DNA from: a virus
Taxonomy: Duplodnaviria; Heunggongvirae; Uroviricota; Caudoviricetes
IMG/VR virus record: IMGVR_UViG_2563366990_000003
Span: 1-18,952 of that record
Direction: 5' to 3' (one strand)
DNA length: 18,952 bases
In this document: positions 9,062 to 16,924 of the stretch, piece by piece
How positions within the stretch are numbered: position 1 is the first letter of the stretch
Layout of the letters: every line of letters starts with the position of its first letter
The notes under the pieces: generated by a model
What the model saw: only the letters and a program-made list of their open reading frames with translations
What the model was told of the DNA's origin: nothing
Databases searched by the model: none
Made by a program: the position numbers and the translations under genes

Positions 9062-10553
9062 GCTGGCTTTCGGTGTCACGCTGATACTGTCGTTCAGTTC
9101 CGGCACTGTTGCCTCCTTTGTCGTTGACGGGGTCAGTATCAAAGACCAGCCCCAGTCTGCTGTTTTCATCAATTTCAGCCTTGCGGCGACGTTTGACCTC
9201 ATCCGGATTGCGCCCGCCGGCACGCACCCAGTCAGATTCTGTCGCTGCACCACCCCGGATCTGAATTCTCCAGGCTTCAGCTTCCTTAACCGGGTCGATC
9301 CACGGCATCACCGGACCGGAATACGTCGCGTTATATAGCGTTTTCATCTCCACATCCGCCGGAATTTTCAGCAGACCTGCCGCAACCACCATATTCAGCC
9401 ATGTCCGGTACACCGGGCGGGTTACCGCGCCAATAAAACAGTCCTGCAGGATCAGGTAACCATCCGTGGACTCGACCAGCTCCTGCCGCTGGGCGCTGTA
9501 GGTGCCGTTATAGTTACGCGCCGCACTGGAAAAACTCAGACGACTGCCAGCTGCCACTGCACGCAACTGGCCGTTGCGGAAAGTTTCAAGGTTGGGATTG
9601 GGACGGTCAGATTTGACCATGCCGATATCCTCGCCCTTGCGCAAATCGTCATAAATAATACCCGGGGTGATATGGACTTCCCGCTCGGTTTCTTTGATCC
9701 CCGGATCTTCATAGTCCTGTCCGTCACCTTTACGGATATACAGTCCCAGCGCCGCAGCAATACGCGCCGCTGTCAGTTCCGCATCCTCATACTCTTTAAG
9801 GGCACTGATCCGCATCAGCACCCCCGATAACATGGATGAGCCTCGCGTCTGATGCAGACGACGAGTGAACTTCAGGTGGATCATTTTTCCGGCAGCGATT
9901 TCTTTCGTATCACTCTGCCGGCCGCTGACCGGATAATTTTTATAAACCAGATATTTTTTCGGTCTTCCCCACTCATCAAGAAAAACCCCCTGATTCAGCC
10001 CGGCGGATTCATCAGTGCGCATGGGAACAAAATCCGGCTCCATCGCCTCAAGCCAGAATGGCACTCCCGCCGTCCGTTCCAGACCGTTTCCCGCACCACT
10101 GACCATCTGCGCAAACACTTCACCATCCCGCAGCCAGGTCCGCAGCAGTAAACGTTCAAGCACGGGACGGGTATACTGCCCTGTCACATCCGGACTCACG
10201 GACCATTCAGCCCACAACCGGCGGATATCCGCAGCCAGCTCTGCCACCATTTCCCCGTTTTTTCGTAATGGCTGAGGCTCCACAATAATTCCCCTGGCAC
10301 CAATCACCCGCTCTTCCAGCTTGTCAAACACACCAATCACCAGGTCATGATTGATATCCAGAAAACGGACCTGCTCCCGCAGGGAAACCGCACCGTATTT
10401 ACTGAGCTGATCAGCAGAGCGATTTTCCCGCCGGGCTTTATGTGTCCGGGTCGGTTTCACCGCCTCATAGGCCATGATTAACGCCCTTGAACGCAGTCTG
10501 GCTGCTTTCCATCCGGGGGAAAACACGCCTATCACATCATCAATAATTGCCAT
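9051..10553 (-). CDS. Portal protein
   Basis: 500-aa ORF between the W-like gene and the protease/capsid gene. Size, position and acidic C-terminal tail are typical of lambda-family portals. ATG start overlaps the W-like stop. Confidence 0.88.
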   Translation of the reverse strand: MAIIDDVIGVFSPGWKAARLRSRALIMAYEAVKPTRTHKARRENRSADQLSKYGAVSLREQVRFLDINHDLVIGVFDKLEERVIGARGIIVEPQPLRKNGEMVAELAADIRRLWAEWSVSPDVTGQYTRPVLERLLLRTWLRDGEVFAQMVSGAGNGLERTAGVPFWLEAMEPDFVPMRTDESAGLNQGVFLDEWGRPKKYLVYKNYPVSGRQSDTKEIAAGKMIHLKFTRRLHQTRGSSMLSGVLMRISALKEYEDAELTAARIAAALGLYIRKGDGQDYEDPGIKETEREVHITPGIIYDDLRKGEDIGMVKSDRPNPNLETFRNGQLRAVAAGSRLSFSSAARNYNGTYSAQRQELVESTDGYLILQDCFIGAVTRPVYRTWLNMVVAAGLLKIPADVEMKTLYNATYSGPVMPWIDPVKEAEAWRIQIRGGAATESDWVRAGGRNPDEVKRRRKAEIDENSRLGLVFDTDPVNDKGGNSAGTERQYQRDTESQHEE

Positions 10554-10789
10554 TAAAACCTCGCCAGTTTAAATCCCGGTTTTCCCCGCCTGCGGCTCAC
10601 CATCGCGGCAAGCCTGCGTTCCCACTCCTGACGTCCGGCGCGGATCTGAGAAAGGCTTTCCAGCGTCAGTTGCTGCCCGTTGAAGGTGACAGACTTCCCC
10701 TCCAGTACGGCCATTTCCGCTTCACGGTACCGCTGTATCATTTCTCTGGCTTCTTCTGTGCTCACAACCAGCCTCCTGATGTTATCCAT
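10553..10789 (-). CDS. Head-tail joining protein, gpW-like
   Basis: 78-aa ORF between terminase large subunit and portal, the lambda W position. The C-terminus (RRRGKPGF) resembles the lambda gpW C-terminus (RRRGPAGF). ATG at 10789 confirmed. Confidence 0.7.
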   Translation of the reverse strand: MDNIRRLVVSTEEAREMIQRYREAEMAVLEGKSVTFNGQQLTLESLSQIRAGRQEWERRLAAMVSRRRGKPGFKLARF

Positions 10790-12885
10790 GGATTATCTTC
10801 CGCACGCTCCGTCCGCAGTTTTTTCTTCCGGCGACGGCGTTTTTCTGCCCCGGCCGTCAGTTCCGGGGATACCGTTTCACCAGAACGCGCCTGCGGGAAG
10901 ACGAGCCACGTTTCCCGCTGTGCCCAGTCCGGTGCGGAGGGCCAGCGGATCTTTTCATAACCATGCAGAACAGCAAGCGCATCCGCATAAACCAGCAGGT
11001 CAAACGCCTCGTTAGCGCCCCTGCCCGGTTTTCGCCATTTTCCGTCACTGCCGCGCTCTTCATAGGTCAGCTCATCGTAAAACCACCGCCCCAGCCAGTC
11101 GGGAAAGTGGATATAGTTCGGCCCTGGTGTGTCACGCCACAGGGCATTATTTACACGGTCCTTAAACGCATCCGTCTGAACCAGCCACAGCGCGACATCG
11201 CCACTGGCTCTGGCACGGCGGGCACTTCTGCCGGTATTATCCGGGAAGGTACGGTTAATCAGCCTGTCACGGCGAAGACCATCCCCCTTGAACAGAAACA
11301 CCCTGTTGCCCAGTCCGTCACTCCGGCAACGACGCCAGAAACGATAGGCGTTATCTGTCACCCCGGCTTCCCCTCCCGTATCCACCGCCATGGCCATCAG
11401 ACGCATGCGCACATCCGGATCAGAAGCCAGCGGCCATGTTTTATGGAACACATCCGTCAGCAACAAATCCCAGTCCTCCGGATATGCCGCCGGATCAACC
11501 GGCAGACTTTCACCGTTGGGACTGCATCGCAGTGAATGCCGGATGTTGTAGCGATCAACAATCCAGCGTTCCCCCTGCTCTCCGTATCCGGTGATCTGCA
11601 CAACAAAACGGCGATTTTTACCGCCCTGTACGTCAACCGTTGCCTCAATAAAACGCACACCATCCGGCACAGATCGCCGGGGAAACGGCTCGGCACGCTG
11701 TTCAAGCAGTTCACTTTTACGCTGTTCCGTGGCTGAACGGGGCAGATAGGGTCGTCCGATATCGGTGTTCACCACCGCTTTCAGGGTCTCTTCACTGCCG
11801 GTTCGCTCATACTCTTCTTCTGCCGCCAGCAGCTTAAAAATCAGTTGTTCCCAGGTCTGAAACGCCGCAGCCGGCCCCTCCATCCAGAAACTTGCTATTC
11901 TGGAATTTCGGGGGGTTCCGGTGATACTGCCATCCGCCGCTGCCCGTTCGCCTTCCCGCAGCCAGATCCCCTGGTTATTCAGTTCACGCTTCTGTTCCGG
12001 AGCAATCAGGCCGCGGCAGTGCGGACACATCAGGCGGGCCGCCTGCCCGGCAGCCACAAAATCAGGGTTATTCCGGTAACCGGTCATGTTATCCATCACC
12101 GGCTGAAAATATTCCCCGCAGTGCGGACACGGCCAGTACCACCGGCGGCGGTCTCCCCGGTTATACAGTGACAGGATCCCCGTTGTTGGCGGTGCCTCAT
12201 GTGCGCCACCACAACGCCATTTGGTATCGGTGATATCCCGCCCGGGCGAACTTTCGACCAGGGTCATCCCCGAGGACATAAAGGTGGTGGTACGCTTTGA
12301 GGCCAGGGTGAAGGCATCCCCTTCCCCGTCCACGTTTTCAGGGAAACGGTCATAATCCGTCAGCGCCACACGACGGTAATCCGAGGAGGAAAATACGGTG
12401 ATCGACGGCCAGCCAATTTTCAGGAATGAGCCGTCAAGAAACATTTTATCGTGGACGTTGTTGTCATTACGGGAAGGGCTGAGGCGTTTGCAGACCTCCG
12501 GGCTGTGGCGAAACGTCCTGGAAAGACGCGTTCTGGAATGCTCACGCGCCTTCGTCTCGGTCATCTGCACCACCAGCATGTCAGCCGGATCACAGATGAT
12601 GCCGTACACAATCCAGCCATCAATCAGCCCTTCGGTTTTCCCGGTTCGCGCCGGTCCGACAAACACCACCGCGTCATATTCACGGGCTGATAATGTATTA
12701 ATGGGGTCTATCATATAGGGCGTCAGCGATGACTCCCACGGACCGGAAGTATTGGCTCCCCGTGGTACCCGCATATAACGCCTGATGGCTTCCGCTACTG
12801 GTAACCGGCCAGGTGGGCGAAACAGCGAGGCCACTTCGCGCCAGATATCGGATGCGCGGCTATGGCTCTCGTTCACCTGATTCAC
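10762..12885 (-). CDS. Terminase large subunit (lambda gpA family)
   Basis: 707-aa ORF with a Walker A-like motif (VGPARTGKT), Cys-rich segments (CPHCGEYF, CPHCRG) and a basic C-terminal tail. The start is a GTG at 12885 that overlaps the small-subunit stop; no in-frame ATG is nearby. The exact start is uncertain. Confidence 0.88.
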   Translation of the reverse strand: MNQVNESHSRASDIWREVASLFRPPGRLPVAEAIRRYMRVPRGANTSGPWESSLTPYMIDPINTLSAREYDAVVFVGPARTGKTEGLIDGWIVYGIICDPADMLVVQMTETKAREHSRTRLSRTFRHSPEVCKRLSPSRNDNNVHDKMFLDGSFLKIGWPSITVFSSSDYRRVALTDYDRFPENVDGEGDAFTLASKRTTTFMSSGMTLVESSPGRDITDTKWRCGGAHEAPPTTGILSLYNRGDRRRWYWPCPHCGEYFQPVMDNMTGYRNNPDFVAAGQAARLMCPHCRGLIAPEQKRELNNQGIWLREGERAAADGSITGTPRNSRIASFWMEGPAAAFQTWEQLIFKLLAAEEEYERTGSEETLKAVVNTDIGRPYLPRSATEQRKSELLEQRAEPFPRRSVPDGVRFIEATVDVQGGKNRRFVVQITGYGEQGERWIVDRYNIRHSLRCSPNGESLPVDPAAYPEDWDLLLTDVFHKTWPLASDPDVRMRLMAMAVDTGGEAGVTDNAYRFWRRCRSDGLGNRVFLFKGDGLRRDRLINRTFPDNTGRSARRARASGDVALWLVQTDAFKDRVNNALWRDTPGPNYIHFPDWLGRWFYDELTYEERGSDGKWRKPGRGANEAFDLLVYADALAVLHGYEKIRWPSAPDWAQRETWLVFPQARSGETVSPELTAGAEKRRRRKKKLRTERAEDNPWITSGGWL

Positions 12886-13358
12886 ATATCGGCCTCATCA
12901 CAACAGTCAATGACTGCCTTTTCCAGTGTGTCGCGGATCTCATCAACCACAATCTGTACTTCATTCAGTTGTGATGCGGTCCACCCCCTGTCCCTCTCCA
13001 GCCGGTCAGGCCAGGTTTCCAGTACCTGAACTATCGCTTTCACCACGACAGAAAACGACCGCCTGACATCACTGACAGGCACGAGCAGACCGGTTTCCTG
13101 CTCAAATTTCAGTCGGTCACGTTCTGACTGGTACCATGCTTTACGCGCATGAGGATCCATTTCCTCGTTATCTACAGGCAGAGGAGCTTTCATCAGTTCG
13201 GCAAGGATATCTGTCAGTCGGTACAGTTTGAGATTGCTCTCATGACCACCGGCTGGGCTTATGTTTTTTACCCGAGCCGCGACAGTCTGTCGATGAGCAC
13301 CGGATAATGCGGCCAGTTGGGAAATATTCAGATGCAGATTTTTTAATTCACGATCCAT
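12882..13358 (-). CDS. Terminase small subunit (Nu1-like)
   Basis: 158-aa ORF with an N-terminal HTH-like segment (ISQLAALSGAHRQTVAARV), a strong GGGGGAG RBS, and a position directly upstream of the large subunit and about 150 bp downstream of the cos-like site. Confidence 0.78.
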   Translation of the reverse strand: MDRELKNLHLNISQLAALSGAHRQTVAARVKNISPAGGHESNLKLYRLTDILAELMKAPLPVDNEEMDPHARKAWYQSERDRLKFEQETGLLVPVSDVRRSFSVVVKAIVQVLETWPDRLERDRGWTASQLNEVQIVVDEIRDTLEKAVIDCCDEADM

Positions 13359-13499
13359 AACTCCCCCTGAAAATTATGTAAATACACGCCAGTGATGAAC
13401 AAAAAACAACCAAATTCGACACTAAAAATTTTTATTTTTCTATATATCAATGACTTACACTGGTGGTGATGGTGCCATAAAAATCAAAAAATGCGCCTT

Positions 13500-13525
13500 T
13501 TTCCGCGCCGCCCGCCCCGTGTTCA
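13500..13525 (-). other. Putative cos site (cosN-like GC-rich core) with cosB-like AT-rich spacer down to the terminase start
   Basis: The minus strand reads ACGGGGCGGGCGGCGCGGAAAAAGGCGCATTTTTTGATTTTTATGG. This resembles the lambda cohesive-end region (GGGCGGCGACCT followed by a T-rich tract) and sits at a lambda-like distance upstream of the Nu1-like start. Exact nick positions cannot be read from sequence. Confidence 0.45.
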
Positions 13526-13777
13526 GGCCCACCCCACCAGGAGGACCCGCAAAATGATAATGGTTATCATTTGTAATGTAGTCCGGTTTCTTCCACCATC
13601 GCACCGGACCAGCGACCATGAGGGGACAACGCCGCGCTCCGTTAACGCGGTAAACCCCGGTGTGTATCGTTTTTGATTATCCCCGCACACTCGCGCAGAG
13701 GAGTCTCCCTGTCGGGCTGCGGTCTCTGTTAATACGGGAATACGGCGACAATACCGCGCCATGGATAATAAGGTCGC

Positions 13778-14002
13778 TCAACACACTGGCTGTAATGCAG
13801 CCGATACCATGCGGCATTTAGCGGCATTCATCGTACACTCAACGGTTAGCTCTTCATTCGTGGCATTCACCTGAAAGGTCCGGGAGTATAATTGCGTACA
13901 TTTACCACTGAACGAACCTTCAACAAGAACACGACCACGCTGCAAAATACGGAACGGAATTGTTCCCTGAAAAGGCTTTACGGTTACCAGTAATTTCTTC
14001 AT
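13778..14002 (-). CDS. Hypothetical 74-aa protein with four cysteines, between Rz and cos
   Basis: The ORF-track start is a TTG at 14020. An in-frame ATG at 14002 has a GGAGAA RBS and begins MKKLLVTVKPFQG. The region looks lower in GC than its flanks. No family recognised. Confidence 0.5.
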   Translation of the reverse strand: MKKLLVTVKPFQGTIPFRILQRGRVLVEGSFSGKCTQLYSRTFQVNATNEELTVECTMNAAKCRMVSAALQPVC

Positions 14003-14025
14003 GCATTCTCCGGATAACAAAAATA

Positions 14026-14493
14026 CTAGTTAATACACTGAGTGCGGATATATTCCTGCGCCCCTTCCAGCTGCTTCTGCATTGTCATCAACCGTTCTCT
14101 GAGGATGAAATAATCCCGTTCAGCGGTGTCTGCCAGTCGGGGGCCGGTTGCATTATCCACGCCGGAGGTGCCGGTGGCTTCACGCACGGTACCGTGGCAG
14201 GTGGCGTTGATCCGCAGGCGCTTACGACCAGCGGCAACATCAGCACGCAGAGTTTCATTTTCAGCTCTCGCATCGGCTAATTCCCTCGAGTATTTTGCAT
14301 CGAGCGCAGCAACATCGCGCTGGCGCACCTGCATATCAGTAATGGTGGCATTCGCCTGTTCCAGCTCTCTGGCTTTTTTATCGCGCTGCGCTTTGTAGGT
14401 GATGGCGTTATCGCGGTAATGATTCAGCCCCAGACTAAGCGCACCACAGGCCACCAGCAAGGCAATGATGACCACACACAGAACGCGGTTCAT
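14026..14493 (-). CDS. Rz: Rz i-spanin
   Basis: 155-aa ORF with an N-terminal TM segment ([18 protein letters not shown]) and a charged coiled-coil-like periplasmic part. Position downstream of the endolysin and the embedded Rz1 frame support the call. Confidence 0.85.
   Translation of the reverse strand: MNRVLCVVIIALLVACGALSLGLNHYRDNAITYKAQRDKKARELEQANATITDMQVRQRDVAALDAKYSRELADARAENETLRADVAAGRKRLRINATCHGTVREATGTSGVDNATGPRLADTAERDYFILRERLMTMQKQLEGAQEYIRTQCIN
14088..14273 (-). CDS. Rz1: Rz1 o-spanin (lipoprotein), embedded in the +1 frame of Rz
   Basis: 61-aa ORF with a lipobox (LVVSAC) and a Pro-rich mature part ([27 protein letters not shown]) closely resembling lambda Rz1. ATG at 14273 confirmed. 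Confidence 0.82.
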   Translation of the reverse strand: MRELKMKLCVLMLPLVVSACGSTPPATVPCVKPPAPPAWIMQPAPDWQTPLNGIISSSENG

Positions 14494-14494
14494 T

Positions 14495-14593
14495 TCACCA
14501 CCAGCGTATCTGACCGATGAAATAACCGGAGGCCATAATCACAAACACCAGCCAGATAAGGATGAACTTCCAGGTGGATAATTTTTCAGCCAT
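14495..14593 (-). CDS. 32-aa single-pass membrane peptide ORF, not in the ORF track
   Basis: Read directly: GGGAGA RBS, 8-nt spacer, then ATG at 14593. Translation is [32 protein letters not shown]. Its TGA stop is separated from the Rz ATG by one nucleotide. Confidence 0.4.
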   Translation of the reverse strand: MAEKLSTWKFILIWLVFVIMASGYFIGQIRWW

Positions 14594-14668
14594 CACTCGA
14601 ATCTCCCGAATCAGTTTGCTAAAATTAAACACACTTTCTCCTTTGACTTTTCCGGAGTCAGGAAACAC

Positions 14669-14702
14669 AAAACCCCGCTTGCTACCAACAAACGGGGTTT
14701 TT
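14669..14702. terminator. Bidirectional intrinsic-terminator-like hairpin between the endolysin and the small ORF/Rz
   Basis: Read directly: 9-bp stem AAAACCCCG/CGGGGTTTT with a 15-nt loop, flanked by T-rich tracts on both strands. Confidence 0.4.
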
Positions 14703-14791
14703 ACTTTTATTCACTTAGGTTTTGCCAGTTCGCAGGATTTCGTGTTATCCGTCCGCGTTGGCCAACGTCATTTTTCAGCAAAATATTCTGC

Positions 14792-15325
14792 TTATCTGTC
14801 GATTCCCCAGCACGCCAGCGCGCTCTCCTGGTCACGACGGGATATCTGGCCGTAACAGTTGTTTGAGCGGATACGGCAGTCTCTGCCACCGTCCTTAATC
14901 CACCAGCGAATCGCTTCACACGCTCCCCTGCGATCGCCTGCATTAATTCGTTTATAAAACGTCGACGGGAAACACTTACCGGGGCCAATGTTATACGGGC
15001 AGAATGACGCAATACCCGCTTTCTGGGGTTCGGTCAGTGGCACTCTGATGTTTTTCTCCACCCATGCCAGCGCCTTATCCCGTTCGATAGCGTTAACCCG
15101 GTCGCATTTTTCCTTCGACAGCTTCATGCCAGGAATCACAGGCTTACCATCCACCATGATGGCACCCCGGCAGATGGTCCAGATACCCGCACCATCACGG
15201 TATGCCGTGGTGTGGTTGCCTTCCTTTTCATCCAGAAACTGGTCGAGGATTTCAGGCGCAGAAGCCCCTGCGGCAATCAGCGCCAGAACGGCAGCTGACA
15301 GGCCGTATTTGATTTTTGCGTTCAT
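14792..15325 (-). CDS. R: SAR endolysin (phage lysozyme, GH24 / T4-lysozyme fold)
   Basis: 177-aa ORF. The N-terminus has a weakly hydrophobic Gly/Ala-rich SAR-like segment (YGLSAAVLALIAAGASAPE). The catalytic E-x8-D-x5-T triad is present (EGNHTTAYRDGAGIWT). It matches my recollection of the R lysozyme of Shiga-toxin-type lambdoid phages. ATG at 15325. Confidence 0.9.
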   Translation of the reverse strand: MNAKIKYGLSAAVLALIAAGASAPEILDQFLDEKEGNHTTAYRDGAGIWTICRGAIMVDGKPVIPGMKLSKEKCDRVNAIERDKALAWVEKNIRVPLTEPQKAGIASFCPYNIGPGKCFPSTFYKRINAGDRRGACEAIRWWIKDGGRDCRIRSNNCYGQISRRDQESALACWGIDR

Positions 15326-15352
15326 GGATATTTATCAGGATTTATAGCTCTC

Positions 15353-15403
15353 TTATTCCTGGATATGTCAGATATATAATCCGGTACTCACGATGAATAT
15401 AAT
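15353..15403 (+). promoter_or_regulatory. Candidate sigma70 promoter(s) for the plus-strand 106-aa ORF
   Basis: Read directly: TATAAT hexamers at 15375-15380 and 15398-15403 in a very AT-rich intergenic region 50-75 bp upstream of the ATG at 15451. The -35 elements are poor (TTATTC). Confidence 0.3.
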
Positions 15404-15450
15404 CAACAGGCACCAGGACACACCCGGTAACAACAAATGAGATTTTATAA

Positions 15451-15771
15451 ATGAATAATAATGACAACAATTTACGCAAAGAGTTTTTGCAGATAATGAA
15501 CGAAAATGTTAAATCAGAATTAAAAGCGCTTATCCCGGATAATAGCGAAACCACTCAGGCCATTCTCTCAGAGCCTTACGGCATGCTTTCAACAGAAACA
15601 CTGGATATCATTATCACCACATTAACACCATTGATGCTTCAGCATCTGAAGCACAACATTAACAAATGGTTTAATGACGAACTCAGTCACCCGGGTTGTT
15701 CATGGGATAAAAACTTTGCCTGTCTGCAAAAAAAACGGCTCTTCAATAAACTATCGCTTAAGTTCAGATAA
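15451..15771 (+). CDS. Hypothetical 106-aa protein, plus strand, convergent with and overlapping the 3' end of the 385-aa gene
   Basis: It is the only plausible plus-strand gene in the window. It is AT-rich, Asn/Lys/Leu-rich and predicted helical. ATG at 15451, weak RBS. No family recognised. Confidence 0.5.
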   Translation: MNNNDNNLRKEFLQIMNENVKSELKALIPDNSETTQAILSEPYGMLSTETLDIIITTLTPLMLQHLKHNINKWFNDELSHPGCSWDKNFACLQKKRLFNKLSLKFR

Positions 15772-16921
15772 CCGCCCCAAACCGCCCTTTCAGATAAGTC
15801 AGCCCCGGCTGGATCCAATCATCTGGCTCAGTCTTAAAGGGTGGAGTATTGAAATCACGAAGAACGGTCTCCCGCACAACTGCATCCTTATCAGCACCAC
15901 TGACCAGCGCTTCAATCTCAGCGGCTACCTGCAGATACCCCATGCAACGACCAATGCGCTTCATTAGTCCCTGCTTTTTATTGTTCTTCAGGTAATCAAT
16001 GGCAAATTCAATGAGCGTCTCACAGTGCTGGTGCGATGGCGGTGTTACTTTTCCATTTTCTGAGATAGTTATTTTCCCGTCATCACCGGATACAACAAAG
16101 GATGGCCGGTTACACTCCCATTCCTGGTCACTGAAATCTACCTTCAGAAAGAACGGCCCGATTTTTGTAAAGGAACCTTTGGCATCGTTCCCCTCATGAC
16201 GGAATACACCGACTCCGGCGGTAACGAGTTCACCGGTTATCGTATTTGTGTCTATTTCGATGCTTACGGGAATGGAACAGAGGATACCTGGACTTCTCTC
16301 AACATCATGTTTGATGGCCTCATGAAAGCCACCAAAAGAATGAGCAATGAAACAATCACTGGCGAGATGCGTCCCCTTTAAAAAATTATCCAGAATCTCA
16401 CTATTTGCAGAGCGCTCTCTGTTTTTTTGAATACGGAAACACTCTGCGAGATTTCTGCTCATCACTTTCCGGCAATAATCGTAAAACGCCGCGAACTGCT
16501 CATCACGGCGTTTTTTTTCACCTTCGGAAGGGATCTGCACCGACAGTTTTTTATTCAGTTCAACGACGCTGTTCTCCAGTTTTTCAATGCGTGATTCGAT
16601 ATCATCTTTTTCTGACTGTATCGTGTTATATGCATTGTTAATTTGTATGGTATACCGCTCTTCTGAACAGAGGCGCTTTTCCCGTGACTGTTCATCCCCT
16701 TCACATAAAGCGGCAGCAATATCCATGAAAAACTGCTTCGCCTTCTTTTTCGCCTCAGCTTCGTAAAATTCCAGCGTGGCACCTTCAGTACGGTCAAGAC
16801 TAATCGCCACATATGGCGACAACAACGACGGCTGCCCGGCAATTTCCAGTGCCACAGTAACAGTAATCTTATCCGGGTAATTATTTATCCCTTTAACAAC
16901 CAGTTCGTATTGTTTATTCAT
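15764..16921 (-). CDS. Hypothetical 385-aa protein inserted between holin and endolysin; function unknown
   Basis: ATG at 16921 lies 3 nt after the holin stop, with GGGGAGAG as RBS. The ORF is long and uninterrupted in AT-rich DNA. Architecture by eye: N-terminal domain, a central charged heptad-like segment (about aa 85-170) and a C-terminal Cys/His-containing domain. No signal peptide or TM segment. No family recognised. Confidence 0.8.
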   Translation of the reverse strand: MNKQYELVVKGINNYPDKITVTVALEIAGQPSLLSPYVAISLDRTEGATLEFYEAEAKKKAKQFFMDIAAALCEGDEQSREKRLCSEERYTIQINNAYNTIQSEKDDIESRIEKLENSVVELNKKLSVQIPSEGEKKRRDEQFAAFYDYCRKVMSRNLAECFRIQKNRERSANSEILDNFLKGTHLASDCFIAHSFGGFHEAIKHDVERSPGILCSIPVSIEIDTNTITGELVTAGVGVFRHEGNDAKGSFTKIGPFFLKVDFSDQEWECNRPSFVVSGDDGKITISENGKVTPPSHQHCETLIEFAIDYLKNNKKQGLMKRIGRCMGYLQVAAEIEALVSGADKDAVVRETVLRDFNTPPFKTEPDDWIQPGLTYLKGRFGAVI

Positions 16922-16924
16922 CGT

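Noticed and set aside
7082-9253. ORF-track start (GTG at 9253) for the protease-capsid polyprotein
   Set aside because: It would overlap the portal gene by about 200 nt and add an N-terminal extension of unlikely composition. The ATG at 9061, overlapping the portal stop, gives a product that begins at the protease domain.
13491-13762. ORFs 13523-13762 (minus) and 13491-13676 (plus) in the cos region
   Set aside because: They overlap the GC-rich cos-like core and each other, have no RBS and have Arg/Pro-rich translations. The region is more plausibly non-coding packaging DNA.
13360-14026. A bor-like plus-strand lipoprotein gene between Rz and cos, as in lambda
   Set aside because: No plus-strand ORF with a lipobox or signal peptide is present in this interval.
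15342-15554. 70-aa minus-strand ORF overlapping the start of the plus-strand 106-aa gene
   Set aside because: It sits in very AT-rich DNA with a hydrophobic low-complexity translation and no RBS. It is most likely a chance ORF antisense to the promoter and 5' end of the plus-strand gene. I cannot fully exclude it.
15850-15910. HEAIKH in the 385-aa protein as a zinc-metalloprotease HExxH motif
   Set aside because: The spacing is HExxxH, not HExxH, and I see no downstream third ligand motif. Not enough to call a zincin. Approximate location.
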